NCBI RefSeq assembly: GCF_009914755.1
Contig: NC_060925.1
Source of the DNA: the human T2T-CHM13v2.0 reference genome, Homo sapiens
Length of the DNA stretch: 64,000 bases
Strand: one strand, 5' to 3'
This document shows, in pieces, positions 1 through 13,503 of the stretch. The position numbers and the translations under genes are program-made. The notes below the pieces were generated by a model, which saw only the letters and a program-made list of their open reading frames with translations, did not search any database and had not been told where the DNA came from. How positions within the stretch are numbered: position 1 is the first letter of the stretch; every line of letters begins with the position of its first letter.

Positions 1-785
<785 letters not shown>

Positions 786-866
786 GTGTGTGTTTGTGCG
801 AGTGTGCATGTCTGAGTGCATGTGTGTATGTGTGTGTGTATGCATAAGAGTGTGCACATGCATGTG
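786..866. repeat. TG-rich low-complexity repeat
   Basis: directly visible. Confidence 0.85.
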
Positions 867-2029
867 AATCATGGAGAAAGACATGTAAGGAACACTCAAA
901 ATCCTTACAAGGGTTATTGGGGACTTGGGTGAGGAGTGGGGAATTGAAGAGGCAGAAGTGGGAGGGGAAAATGCATTGTATAAATCTCTATTTTGTTTGA
1001 CCTTTTAAATAAGTAGGCATTAATTTTATAACTTAAAAAAATGGTAGATTTGAGGTCATAAATGCCCAAAGTGTAGTGTCCTGAGAATTGATAGAAGGAA
1101 AAACCTATCCCAGTATGGGGAGAGAGGTAAGGAAATCAGGGAAGCCTTCACAGTGGAGACTGTTTGAAGTGGGTCTTGAAATATGAGCTGGATTTGGACA
1201 TGCAGAAATGGCAGGAATGACTTAGAAGGGAAGAGTGCAACAGATGGCAAGCTAACTGTCCCAGGGCCAGAGAGTTGTCAAGGTGAGACAAGCTAACAGA
1301 GCACAGGCATTGAGCCAAGGCACCCAGACCAACCTGGGACGTGCCTACCTGGCTTTCTCCAGACCCATGTAAGTGGGGCTGCAGGGGAGACATCAGCTGC
1401 AACTGAGCCCTCAGGGTCTCTGGCAGAAAGTTCTAGACCTTTGCACCTCCTCACACTGCTTCCAAACTCCAGAGTCACAAGCACAAGTCCCATTCTAAGG
1501 GCCAGGGCAACTAGGAGCCTGAGCCCCACCCAACCGAGCCTACCGAGAGGCCCACAGCAATGGAAGGAGAAACACTAGCATTCCCTTTCTCTCCCCATGG
1601 CTCCACTGAAGGGGGTCCTCCATTCATCACAGAGACAGAGTCCACACTCTGCTTGTTCTGTGGGGCAAAGCCCTTTATATCTCCCTGGCCATTAACTTCA
1701 CTAAATTTACCCTAATCCATCTCCAGGAAGAACTGGCTTCATCAGAGCCACAGGGCTGAGGCTGGCCCTAGCTCAGAGGTCCCTCCAACAAAAGGGAAAT
1801 TAGAACTACAAGGCTGAACCAACAAGCCTTTTGGTTAGCATGTAAACATAAACCTCAAGAAAATTAGTCCTTCAAAGGCTATCTCTGATTATCTCCTCTG
1901 GGTTGGCTCCAAGCTGGAGAAGGGAAGAGGCTTAGACCCAGCTCCCTGCCTTGGAGCAGCCCTTAGCCAAGTTGGGGTCAAGAGGACTGTATTGGACCAT
2001 TCCAGAACAGGATGGTGTGGGGCCTAAGG

Positions 2030-2190
2030 GAGGTGAAGAATGGTTTCACAAAGAGGAGGAGACACATGGACTGGGTTTTGAAGAGTGAGTAGGAGTTTGA
2101 TGAAAAGAAAGGGAGGACAGGCACTTTAAGCAGACAAAACAGCACATGCAAAGACTTGGCATCTGGACCAGCAGTTCAATGTAGCTGGAA
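2030..2190 (-). mobile_element. L2 fragment
   Basis: GGGTTTTGAAGAGTGAGTAGGAGTTT...ACAGCACATGCAAAG typical of L2 antisense; a similar fragment lies at ~1130-1270. Confidence 0.6.
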
Positions 2191-2517
2191 CTTGAAGGAG
2201 GAGAAGGAGGGGAGAGGGGGCAGGATTGGCAGGAGGAGAGAGGAAAGGGAGCTCAGGGCCAGAGGTGAGGGAGTTTATAAGGTAAAGTGTAACAAGGTTC
2301 TTTGACAGTCACTGAGGGGTTTGTGGCTCATTAAAGATGATTTAAGAAGTGTAACCTCTGGAGAGGTATGCGGAGGTGGGTGGATAAGAAAAGACAAGAC
2401 AGGGATGAGACTTTTACTTATATCCTCCGGTATCTTTTACAGCAAGTCTGTATTTTTATTATAATATATTTTTTAGTATGTTAAGCCTTCTCTCTTGGCA
2501 AGGCTCATAAATCACTG

Positions 2518-2724
2518 ACAATAGCTGCCATTTATTGAGCACTTACTCTAAAGGCTTCATATGGGTTATCTTATTTAATCTTGCATGAACCCTCTGGGAA
2601 AGGTAGTGTTACCCCCATTTCCCCACCAGCAATTGAAGGCCTAGGGTCACACACACAAATAGGTGGACAAGCCAGAATTTGAAATGGGGTCTGACCCCAA
2701 AGCCCATGCTCCTAACTACTGTGC
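2518..2724 (-). mobile_element. MIR SINE
   Basis: ATAGCTGCCATTTATTGAGCACTTAC...TTTAATC...GTCACAC...GAATTTGAA...GTCTGAC. Confidence 0.8.
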
Positions 2725-3323
2725 CCCGTGGCCTTCTGGTTAGCACAGATGACAGGGAGGTAAGTTCATCACTTTCACAGATGCCATAAGGCTGGAAGAC
2801 AAAGCAAATACTCAGGACAATAGAGCTGATTCAAGCCATCTGGATAGGCTGGCATGCTGGGCATGGGGCCAGCATGCCAGGGCAGAATGCATCAGGCACA
2901 GATGTGAAGTCCTGGACTTGGGAGCAAAGCCCTGCCCAAGGACAGGCAGGAGATGTGTGGCTTACCCATGGCCTTGAGCACTCTGCAGCTTCCAGAGCCT
3001 GGGCCTGCCCGCCCAGGGCCCTGGGCCAGGAGAATCAGATTAAGAAGTCCTCATCCCAATTGGGGGGCTGGGCAGCCGGTAACTGGAGATGAACTCCAGG
3101 CTGACTTCAGCTTGTAGCCTTGGAGGACTGTTGTTCTCCTGTCTCTTCTGTCCTCATCACTGTCCCCACTCATGTCTCCTCTGGTGGTCCTCATGAAGCT
3201 GGAGCCAGCCCTTAACCATTCTAACCAAGAGGCAAGGTTGAAGTGAGGCTGGGGCTCACAGGAGGTGGGAGAGCCCACTGTGTGACTTCCAAAAATTGCC
3301 CCAGGCCAGTGTTTTTACATTTT

Positions 3324-3886
3324 CTTTTTCTTTTTTTCATTTATTTAATTATACTTTAAGTTCTAGGGTACATGTGCACAATGTGCAGGTTTGTTACATA
3401 TGTATACATGTGCCATGTTGGTGTGCTGCACCCGTTAACTCATCATTTACATTAGGTATATCTCCTAATGCTATCCCTCCCCACTCCCCCGACCCCACGA
3501 CAGGCCCCAGTGTGTGATTTTCCCCACTCTGTGTCCAAGTGTTCTCATTGTTCAATTCCCACCTATCAGTGAGAACATGCAGTGTTTGCTTTTCTGTCCT
3601 TGCGATAGTTTGCTCAGAATGATGGTTTCCAGCTTCATCCATGTCCCTAAAAAGGACATGAACTCATCCTTTTTTATGGCTGCATAGTATTCCATGGTGT
3701 ATATGTGCCACATTTTCTTAATCCAGTCTATCATTGATGGACATTTGGGTTGGTTCCAAGTCTTTGCTATTGTGAATAGTGCCGCAATAAACATACGTGT
3801 GCATGTGTCTTTATAGCAGCATGATTTATAATCCTCTTGGTATATACCCAGTAATGGGATCCCTGGGTCAAATGGTATTTCTAGTT
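3324..3886 (-). mobile_element. 5'-truncated L1PA (L1PA5-like): 3' UTR plus ORF2 C-terminus
   Basis: TTATACTTTAAGTTCTAGGGTACATGTGCAC 3' UTR; ORF 3552-3794 encodes the ORF2 end (TWNQPKCPS..MEYYAAIK); TSD GTTTTTACATTTT at 3311-3323 and 3884-3896. Confidence 0.97.
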
Positions 3887-4109
3887 TTTACATTTTTTTA
3901 AGCTGCAGACCCTTTTCTTTCATTTAAATCTTACACAGAACCCAGTGTGTGAAATAGGTAAGGTAGGAACATCTCTGGTTGAAACCAGGTGGGGGCTGGA
4001 CTCTCACTGGTCTTCCAGCACCCCCCCAGGGGGTCTCTGAGAGGTCTGTAAGGGGACATCTGAACACAGTGTGAAACCCACCAGGCTAGATCCCTTCAAA
4101 AGACCCCAA

Positions 4110-4746
4110 TAGACTGAATGTTTGTGCAGAGCCCTCATAAAAGGGATCAGTGCCCTTACAAAAGAGACCCTACAGAGCTCTCTACCCCTTCCACCATGTG
4201 AAGACACAGCAAGAGGGTGCCATCTAGAAACCAGGAGGTGAGCCCTCGCCAGACACTGAATCTGCCAGTGCCTTGATCTTGGACTTCCCAGCCTCCAGAA
4301 CTGTGAGAAATAAACTTCTGTTGTATATAAGCCACCCAGTCTAGGATACAGGCAGTCCCCAACTTACAAGGGTTCAACTTATTATTTTTTGACTTCATAA
4401 TGGCACAAAAGCAATATGCATTAAGTAGAAACTCTACTTGAGTACCTGTACAACCATTCTGGTTTTCACTTTCAGTGCAGTATTCAAAAAATTACATGAG
4501 ATATTCGACACTTTTTAATAAAATCGGCTTTGTGTTAGATGATTTTGCTCAACTATAGGCAAACGTAAATGTTCTGAGCACGTTTAAGGTTGGCTAGGCT
4601 AAGCGATGCTGTTCAGTAGGTTGGGGTATTAAATGCATTTTCAACTTATGATATTTTCAACTTACAATGGATTTATCAGGGCATAACCCTATCATAAGTC
4701 AAGGAGTATCTGTATTCTGTTATAGCAGCCTGAGCAGACTAAAACA
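4110..4746 (+). mobile_element. MaLR LTR MLT1A/A0-like, split by MER47A
   Basis: GCCTTGATCTTGGACTTCCCAGCCTCCAGAACTGTGAGAAATAAA; resumes at 4713 with TTATAGCAGCC..GACTAAAACA. Confidence 0.85.
4349..4712 (-). mobile_element. MER47A-like Tigger-derived MITE
   Basis: CAG...CTG termini, imperfect TIRs (CCCCAACTTAC / ATAAGTCAAGGAG), TA duplication at 4347-48 and 4713-14, 364 bp. Confidence 0.9.
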
Positions 4747-4789
4747 GGCCCCCAGCTCAGAAATGCTGTGACCCTTTAATTCCTAGCGA

Positions 4790-5450
4790 ATAATCATAGA
4801 AAAAAACTAACACGTATTGAGTATTAACTATGCACCAGGCACTAAACTAAGGGCTTTATACAAATTCCCTCCTTTAATCCTCATCACAAACCTACAAAGT
4901 AGGTTTTATTACATGGCAGAGACTGCCAGCTGCCCACCAAACACTACTCTCTCTTTCATTTAATTACAATTAAAGCTGGACTCGTGACTACATTGCCCAG
5001 CTTCCTTTGCAGTGTGGTGAGGCCATGCAACCAAGTTCTGCCCAAAGCATGTGAGCAAGGGTGATGTCCACCACTTCCAGGCAAGGGCAGCTGAGAGAGT
5101 GGGTGAATTCCCCACCCTCTACCTCCTGCCCTCTGGCTGGAACTGCGACCATTAGAGCTACTGTGGAAGCCTGATGCTGAAACGTAGGGCGGGGGTCCCT
5201 GAATTGACCCAGTGTGGCCAGTGCCCCCTGCTGACCTGAAGCCCACCCCACCTGTACTATTACCTGAGGGAGAAAAATGTCCATCTAGCTTGAGCCATCA
5301 CAGTGTAGGTGTCTGTGTAACAGCAGTGTAGCCTTATCATAGCCCCATTTTTCAGAGGGAGGAAGTCAAAAGGATTAAGTAACTCCCTAGATCACCCAAC
5401 TAGCGGCACAGGCAGAGTGTGGAGATATTCAGTCTGATTTTAAAGTCCCT
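4790..5450 (-). mobile_element. MIR split by an MLT1 LTR
   Basis: MIR part 4790-4910 (TATTGAG..CCAGGCAC..TTTAATCCTCA) continues at ~5341 (CCCCATTTTTCAGA). Confidence 0.7.
4912..5340 (+). mobile_element. old MaLR LTR, MLT1I/J-like
   Basis: CTACATT.CCCAGC.TCC.TTGCAG..GGCCATG..ACCAAGTTCTG..GTGATG..CACTTCCAGGC; end AGCCA..GTCTGTGTAACAGCAG. Confidence 0.7.
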
Positions 5451-5489
5451 GCCTTGAAACCAGGACACTGGCCTGCCAGGTGTTACAAA

Positions 5490-6155
5490 ATTAATAATGA
5501 CAAAACTTGGAGCAGTCAAGATGTCCTTTGGCGTGAAGGGATAAATAAACCATTGTACATCTATACAATGGAATATTACTCAACGATAGAGACAAATGAG
5601 CTATTGAGCCATGAAAAGATATGGAGGAAGCTTAAATGCACACTGCTAAGTGAAAGAAGCCAATCCCAACCAGCTACATACTGCATGTTTCCAACTCTAT
5701 GGCATTCTTCAAAAGGCAAAACTACGAGATAGTAGAAAGACCAGTGGTTGCCGAGGGTTACAAGGGTTGGAGGCAAAGAGGAAGACATAGGCAGAGCACA
5801 GAAGATTTTTATTCTCATTTTTCTGTTTTCCTTATTTTTTTAGGCTGCCTGGATTTACAAAGGACACAGAGGATGTTTAAGGCAGTGGAACCTTAATGGT
5901 GGAGACATGGCATTATGCATTTGTCAAAACCTGTAGAATGTGCAACGTCAAGAGTGAACCCTAGTGTAAACTAAGGACTTGAGTTAATAACAGGGTATCA
6001 ATCTTGGTTCATCAATTGTAATAAATGTACTACACTAATATGAGATGTGAATAGTAGGAGAAACTGATGGGAAGGGGATATATGACAACTCTCCTTACTT
6101 TCTGATCAATTTGTCTATAAACCTAAAAGCATTCTAAAAAATAAAGCCTATTAAT
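5490..6155 (+). mobile_element. L1MC (L1MC2-like) 3' end
   Basis: TACAATGGAATATTACTC, AAGTGAAAGAAGCCAATC, AAAAGGCAAAACTA, GAGTGAACCCTA, CATCAATTGTAA; ORF 5454-5732 resembles the ORF2 tail (TMEYYS). Confidence 0.9.
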
Positions 6156-6224
6156 TCATATATATGTATAGTTTCAATAAAAACTCATGCATGGAAAAAA
6201 TTAATCATGATTTTGCCATGCACC

Positions 6225-6350
6225 AGACACTTCCATCAGCACTCACTTAATCTTCCTAACAACCTAGTTGTAGGGACTAATGATATCCCATTTTCAGATG
6301 AGGAAACTGAGGCACGAAGAGGCCACGTAATTTGCCAAAGCCAGGATAAA
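6225..6350 (-). mobile_element. MIR fragment
   Basis: CCCATTTTCAGATGAGGAAACTGAGGC core. Confidence 0.8.
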
Positions 6351-6639
6351 GCTCCCATTTGTTTTACTTCCTGCCACTTCCCCTTCCCAGGACCTCCTCC
6401 TTCTACCTTCCCTGAATGTTTGCCCTCACCAAGGAAGGGTGACTGATTCCCCAGCTCGGAACAGCCAGCAGGGTACCGTGTGGCAGACACCTCTGCACGT
6501 GAGCCATGGTGAAGAAGTCTCACAACAGCCCTGTGGGAGGCTGCAAGGTCACCCAGCAAAACAGACTGCCTGTGTAGCGCCCCCTCCTCTGCAGAGCACT
6601 CACTAGGAACAGCTCAGTCCCAATGCCACTACACCCCTT

Positions 6640-6797
6640 AATACACACACGAGCTTGCAAACACACGCATTTGTGTGTACACATGTGCATACACATATAT
6701 ACACAAGAACACACTCATTACATTTATTAATACACTCACACAGTCACACACATATACACACAGACATGGATGTGCACAAACACACACACACACATGC
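6640..6797. repeat. CA-rich low-complexity tract
   Basis: directly visible. Confidence 0.85.
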
Positions 6798-7439
6798 TTC
6801 CACTTTGTCGTTTGACCCTCAAAGAGAAAGGCTTTGGACTTCCCTTCAGCACTTATACAAGTTAGCAATTCTCACCAAAAACCGAGGGTCATTTAGGGAC
6901 ATTTTTTTTTCTTGGAGATTGTCAAGAGCTCCTTCAAAATGCATAACCACACCTGCACATTAACTCAAGGCATCACTTTCTCTGCTCTCTGTAACCCCTA
7001 GAGGGGAACTGAAGGAATGTATCAAATTCTTAATTTAAGAAAAAATCCCCGGCGCCAGCATGTGGTGAAAGGGCCATTTCACACGTTGGAAGGTTATGAA
7101 GAAAGTGCTGCCTGAAAAAGACTCACCTGACTGCAGTTCCTTAGGATGCTGGGCCTTCCCATGAAAGAAAAAGGACCTCATCCAGCTCTGGCATTTAGAG
7201 GACATAAATGAGGTTCAGGGACGGCATGATGTCTGACTGTCAGGCCTATGGACTATCTGTTATCTGACGACAGGGCAAGATGATTCAAACCCCACAGAGT
7301 TTTAATAAACGCACTGACTCCATCCTACTGTTAAGTAGCAAGGACAGCACTGGGGCCCAATGAGCAGCCCCAAAAGCTGTTGATGCCTTCGAGAGTGAGA
7401 ACCTGGTCTTCAGTCCCTTTCCTCTAGAAGGGTCCACCG

Positions 7440-7810
7440 AGGTTCTGGAATCAGACAGGCCCCACCATGTCCCGGCTGTGTGATCCTAGGTGTGTTACCT
7501 AACATCTCTGAGCTGTCATTGTCTCCTCTGAAAAAAGATGGGCAAATAATTATAGGATTCAGTGAGATAAGGCAGGTAAGCACATACATAGCACATAGAA
7601 ACATTCAATAAACACGAATGATTTTGTGATGATGCTCACTTGAGAGCTAGTGAGGTTCTTACATATTATCTCCTCCAATCCCTTCATTATCCAGATGGGA
7701 AAATGGAAGCTCAGAGAGAGGAAGGGACTTGCCCAAGATCACACAGCAAGTTGAAAGACCAGGGACTAGAACCCATGTCTGTGTTTCTCGGACCAAGGTT
7801 TTCTTTATGC
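7440..7810. mobile_element. two MIR fragments (+ 7440-7620; - 7650-7810)
   Basis: GGAATCAGACAG..CTGTGTGA..CTCTGAG; CAGATGGGAAAATGGAAGCTCAGAGAG..CTTGCCCAAGATCACACAGC. Confidence 0.75.
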
Positions 7811-8747
7811 ACCCACAAGTCACATTCCAAGAATATCTTAGAAATGTAAAAAGTATTCCAATAGACTTGTGAGTTATATTAAGAAAACCAGGCCTGGAAT
7901 AAGCAAAGCCTGGAATGTCCTATTCCACAGCCAACCTGGAGTTCCCGCCCAGTTGCCCTAAGGGCTGGGGTCTGCCTCAGCCCCTCTGTAGAAGGAAATG
8001 GTTACTAGAAAGTGGGACTTGTGGGAGGGAATCATTGCTGCCTTTTGTCAGACATCTCCATTTCTAGAGACGCCACAGGAGGAGATCTAGGTGGGTCATC
8101 AGCTCTGCAACTCAACCCTACTCAGCAAATAAGACAGTCTCCACTTTCTTAAAGTCCATTCCAGAAGCCAGCCCTTTTCTCCCCAGGCCTCTCAGTAGGC
8201 ACCTCCGGTTTTCAGGACTAAATCAGCCATTGGGCCTTTGCAGGTGCTCTGCACAAACACTGGAAGCCCACAGCCGCGAGCCTACAAGAAAGTCCCTGTG
8301 TGCAGGGATGAATATGCTCAGGATCTCCTGGAATCACTCCTCCATGTCCCCTTCTGAGCCCTGGGGGTGCCCCACCTGATCCTTCTGAATGGGCAGCTAG
8401 CTGCTCAGCTTTGCTACCATCCTATCTTGGGAGCATGGAGGTGTTAAGGCCCTGTCCCTGTGAGCAGGAAGGGGGCAGGAGCTAGGATGTGCCCTGACTG
8501 TTTGGTGGGTTTTAGAGGGCATGTTTGGCCTGTGTTCCTTTACTAAAGGTATTCATCATCATTGGCCTCCCATGCTTCTACTGAGTGGGACCAGCCATGT
8601 TCTGTATCACATGACCCCATCACCACCTAGCCACAGATGTTTGGTCAAAGAGGAAACATCTGACTCCACTGGCTAGCCAGTCATCCTAGGAGCTGGCCAC
8701 AGTCATCTCTGGAGGAATTTGAACTTGGTAATTAAAAGGGTATTTAG

Positions 8748-9057
8748 AGCCAAGTACAGTGGCTCACACCTATAACTCCAGCTCTCTGGGGGTTCCAGGC
8801 AGGAGAACTGCTTGAAGCCAGGAGTTGGAGACCAACTTGGGCAAGATAACGAGACCTTGTCTCTACCAAAACAAACAAACAAACAAAAAACAAAAAAAAA
8901 CTTTTTTAATTAGCTAGGTGTGGTGGCGCATACCTGTAGTCCTAGCTACATGGGAGGATGAGGCAGGATTGCTGGAGCCCAGGAGTTCAAGGCTGCCATG
9001 AACTATGATTACACCACTGCACTCCAACCTGGGTGACACAGCAAGACTCTGTCTCTA
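8748..9057 (+). mobile_element. Alu (AluJ-like)
   Basis: diverged dimer, CAAA-expanded linker, GAGCCCAGGAGTTCAAGGCTGC right arm, no A tail. Confidence 0.93.
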
Positions 9058-9438
9058 TTTTTTTAAGTTGGGGGGTGAAATTTAGGGATACACACTGGAG
9101 CCAAAAGGCTATGTGCAGGGGATGGAGAGATTAATGGGGAAAGAGGGCAGCATTAGAGTCTTGTGATCTCAGAAGGTTGAAAGAAGACAGGAGCATGAGT
9201 GGGCCTTCTTCAGGAAAGAATTCACAGGGGTGGTGGGTGTCGGTGCTGACGAAGGAGAAGAGAGAATCCCAGAGGCACCACCAGAGAGTATGGAGACAGG
9301 GATGCAGGCCAGATGCTCAGATGACTGACTCTCCCCAGGATGATGGGAAGACTCCAGAAAAAGTCCAGAAAGAGACTTGATTTTGTGTCATACATTCTAT
9401 GGGTTTGGACCCAGAGAGAGACTCCAGAAAGAGAAATA

Positions 9439-9732
9439 GGCCAGGTATGGTGGCTCACACCTGTAATCCCAACACTTTGGAAGGCCAAGGCAGGTGGATC
9501 ACGAGGTCAGGAATTCAAGACCGGCCTGGCCAAGATGGTGAAACCCTGTCTCTACTACAAATACAAAAATTAGCTGGGCATGGTGGCGGGTGCCTGTAAT
9601 CCCAGCTACTCAGGAGTCTGAGGCAGAGAATTGCTTGAACCCAGGAGGTGGAGGTTTCAGTGAGCCAAGATCGCGCCCTGCACTCCAGCCTGGGTGACAG
9701 AGCGAGACTCTGTCTCAAAAAAAAAAAAAAAA
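9439..9732 (+). mobile_element. Alu (AluSg-like)
   Basis: GGATCACGAGGTCAGG diagnostic, poly(A) tail, degenerate AGAGAAATA TSD. Confidence 0.97.
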
Positions 9733-10946
9733 GAGAGAGACAGAGAGAAATAATAAGGCCACAATGGCACCCAAAAGTAAGGAAAGCTAAGTGTACTCGT
9801 AACAGAGGCTGACAATCCCTAGAAAAGGAAGTCCCCACAATGCACCCTGATATAAGAGGAGTGGGTCCCTGAGATTGAGAATTGGTGGAAATAAAAGAAA
9901 TTCTCTCAAACTCTGGAGCAGAGCCTACCCATGGGCTCAAGACCACTTCCTCCTGACCTGTGGCAGCTGCTTTAGAGCACCTGAATGGGTATTTTTTTCT
10001 TGTGGATAGTAGCAGAGACGTGGAAGTTGAATTTCTGAAAATGCATCAAAAGGCAGGAGAAAACCGTAACATCCTTACTGTATTTAGCAGGAAGACTGGC
10101 GAAACGGTCTAGGCTGAAGCAAAAGAGAATGTGGGGTGGGGTGCAAGGGGGTTGCAATGAAAAGCTGCTGTGGACGATCAGGCTACAGAGAAGGCCAGGA
10201 GGATCTCCTCCATTCTCACTGCTAATGGCGTTGATTGGGGAGGAGGGCAGGAAGGAGCTGGCATAATGGCTTGGAAAGAGAGTCAGCAGGAAGGCCTGGC
10301 CCAGGCCTTGGCATAGGGATTCATATAACTTTGCCCATCCATTGAGGTCATATCCACATGGCTCCTGGGACTGGAACTATCCAAGCTCATCCCCAAGAGC
10401 TAAGCCACAGGATCCAACACAGAGCAGGATCAGACTAGGAGCACCATGCCTCAGCTGCCAAACTCCACAGTCAAGATAGGGACGGTGGAGAGACGTCCTG
10501 CAGCCACTAATGAAGAATCTGCTCAATAAGCAGCCTGGCTACTCTTCCCCCAGGTTGGTAGGGCCCTGAGACAATCGGGAGATCAGCATGAAAGAGAGGC
10601 TGTGCTCTGCAGGGCCAGACAGGGAAGACACACAAACATCACGATTTCTACTATGAACACCGGCTCCTCGTCCCTCTATAAAGGGGGCCTGAGGCAGGTG
10701 ATGGGAGCAAGGAAAGAGGCAGACACAGCTGCTGACAGCTGGCAGGACCCACTGAGAAGGTGGAGGGACAGGAGAGGCCCCTGCAGAGTTCCTGAGTGCA
10801 GGGAGATGGCTGGACATCCTGCTCGAGTACTTCCTTCATTTCCCAAACAGTAGGTGCCACACTCTATAGAAGGCCATCCTGGTCTTTCATCCCTCACCCC
10901 TGACCACCCTTTCCCCTGAGTCCTCAGAGTCCATTGTATCACTCTT

Positions 10947-11075
10947 ATGCTTTGGGTTCAGTGTATACTGCTCGGGTAATGGATGCACCAAAAAATCTCA
11001 CAAATCACCACTAAAGAACTTACTCATGAAACCAAATACCACCAGTTCCTCAAAAAACTGTGGAAATAAAAAAAA
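10947..11075 (+). mobile_element. L1PB 3' end fragment
   Basis: TATACTGCTCGGGT..CAAATCACCACTAAAGAACTTACTCATG..ACCAAATACCACC plus A-rich end. Confidence 0.85.
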
Positions 11076-11617
11076 ATTTTTTTAAAGAATTTATGATGCA
11101 AATGTATAATAACATAAATAAGATTTTAAAATGCAATTTAGAAAAACATGAAAAAAAGTCATCCTGGGAGGAAGAGAGGACAACCCCAGCTCTAGTTCTT
11201 CTTCGTGTGCCTCATCTAGGAAATGCCAGCCCTGGTGCCAGAGTTTCCACAAACCTGAGGAGTGAATGCCTGCTTGGTGAGGAAAGCAGGCCTAGAACTG
11301 TGCTTTCTCCGCATGAGTGGGTCCTGAGCTGTGCCTGATCAAAGTGCCCACTTGGAGAGAGCTTAGAGACCAGCAGGTGCAGATTAAGGAGGTGCTGAGC
11401 AACAGGATTATTGGTGATCTCCCTCCAGCTGTGTAAATGGGGAATGCGCTCTGGAGAGGCCCAGAGGTCCACATAGTGAGGCCTGCTGCACATATGCCCC
11501 ACTGAGCAGCACCCACCAGAAGTCAGTAACAAGTGATAGATGAGCCCCATGGCAGGGGCACCACTGGTCACCTGACACTTATGAGATCATCCTCCATTGT
11601 GTGGGCAAAATCCCATT

Positions 11618-11775
11618 TTTTTAAAATAGAGACAGGGTTTCGCTCTGTCACCCAGGCTGGAGTGCCGTGATGCGATCACGGCTCACCGCACCCTCAATCT
11701 CCTGGGCTGAAGCCATCCTCCCACCTCAGCCTCCCGAGTAGCTGAGACCACAGGCATGTGCCACCACGCCCAGCC
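11618..11775 (-). mobile_element. free right Alu monomer (FRAM-like)
   Basis: single right arm with TSD CA(A/G)AATCCCATT at 11606-11617 and 11776-11787. Confidence 0.9.
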
Positions 11776-12289
11776 CAGAATCCCATTCTTGACCCACCTG
11801 CTGTCTCACTTGGTCCTCCCTCTCATGCCTTAGCCTTAGACATTCGTGCAACCTGTATCTGAACTTCCCAGCAGCCCCCCTCCAACTTCCAGAGAGTCTG
11901 ACTTTCCCCTTTCCAGGCACCACTTTGACTTGTTCATGTTTTTCCAAGTTTGTGTCTTTTCCACATCACTAACTCCATTCATCTTGGATAGAATTAGACC
12001 CAGTTCCCCCTGGCCACTTCCTCTCCTCTCAGAGAAACCAAAAACAGGCAAGACCGCTTCAGGCCTCTTTGTCCAACCAAATGAGATGGCCAGCAAGTGT
12101 CCGGGGCTTTGCTGTTCCCATCTTCTGGTCGCCCACCTTTGGGCTTGTGTGATGATTTGCACCAGGACACATCCTTCATCTTCCCCAGGAGGCTGGGACC
12201 CACCACTCAGCCATGGTCCCTCAGCATCTTTCCCCTGCCTTCTAATGACAGCAGGAAAAAAAAAAAAGCCATCATTCATGGAAGGGCTG

Positions 12290-12480
12290 GGGCAAGCCAG
12301 GCACTCTACAGAGTGCTTCAAATAAATATCTCAGAAAATCATCCCAATTACCCAGAAAGTGGGTAGTTTCTCCATTTTACAGGTGAGGAAACTGTGGCTC
12401 ATGGATTTGCCAAATGTCACACAGCTAAAAAGTGGCAGAACATGGATTCATGAGACTGTTTAACTCTGAAGGCAGGACTG
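12290..12480 (-). mobile_element. MIR
   Basis: CCATTTTACAGGTGAGGAAACTG..GTCACACAGCTA..GTGGCAGA. Confidence 0.8.
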
Positions 12481-12891
12481 AGAACACTCAGCTAGATGCC
12501 CACCAATGCCCTAAGCTCCCAAGAGAAGGTGTGAGCATTTCCACGGGTTTGGAGCCTCCTGCTCCGTCAGACCTTTTATTTCAGTCGAAGTGGACCTTCC
12601 CTGCCCCATCACTGAGTGTCAGTGACCACATGCAGAACCAGCAGTGACCCTGCACGTAGCTGAGAACAAATGCAGGAATGGGTTCGTGAATCCTGTGTTT
12701 ACGTCCCAGGTTCATCTGTGTATCCCGACCTCCCCAAGGCTAAGAGAACTGGAGCCAGCTCCCTTTGCAGATGCTTGCCCTGGGGACTCCTCTCTGGGCA
12801 CTGTTCTCCTATCATGTCAGCATTCCTCTATAATTTTTCAGTTGTTTCCCCCTTTGAACGTGTTACTCGGACACTTATTAAAACTCTACTA

Positions 12892-13214
<323 letters not shown>

Positions 13215-13503
13215 CTGTACTGCCAGCCTCTAGGAAATCTAGGAAATCACCATTCTGCCCTCCTGGAGCTCACAGTGCAATGGCCAGTCGGGGAGCCCTG
13301 GACGTGGTAATAGTAATTCCATGCTGTGGGAGGAGCTGTCAGGCCAGGATCTAGGCCAGAGTCTGGTCCTGAAATCAAACCCCTGCCTTCATCACAAAAC
13401 CTCAGCCAGGCACTTGCTTGCCACAATCTCTTTTTCTCCCTCAGTTCCAAGAAAATGTGGAAACCTCGCCAACGCCCCTATGTCCTCCCTTAAGCATCGT
13501 GCC

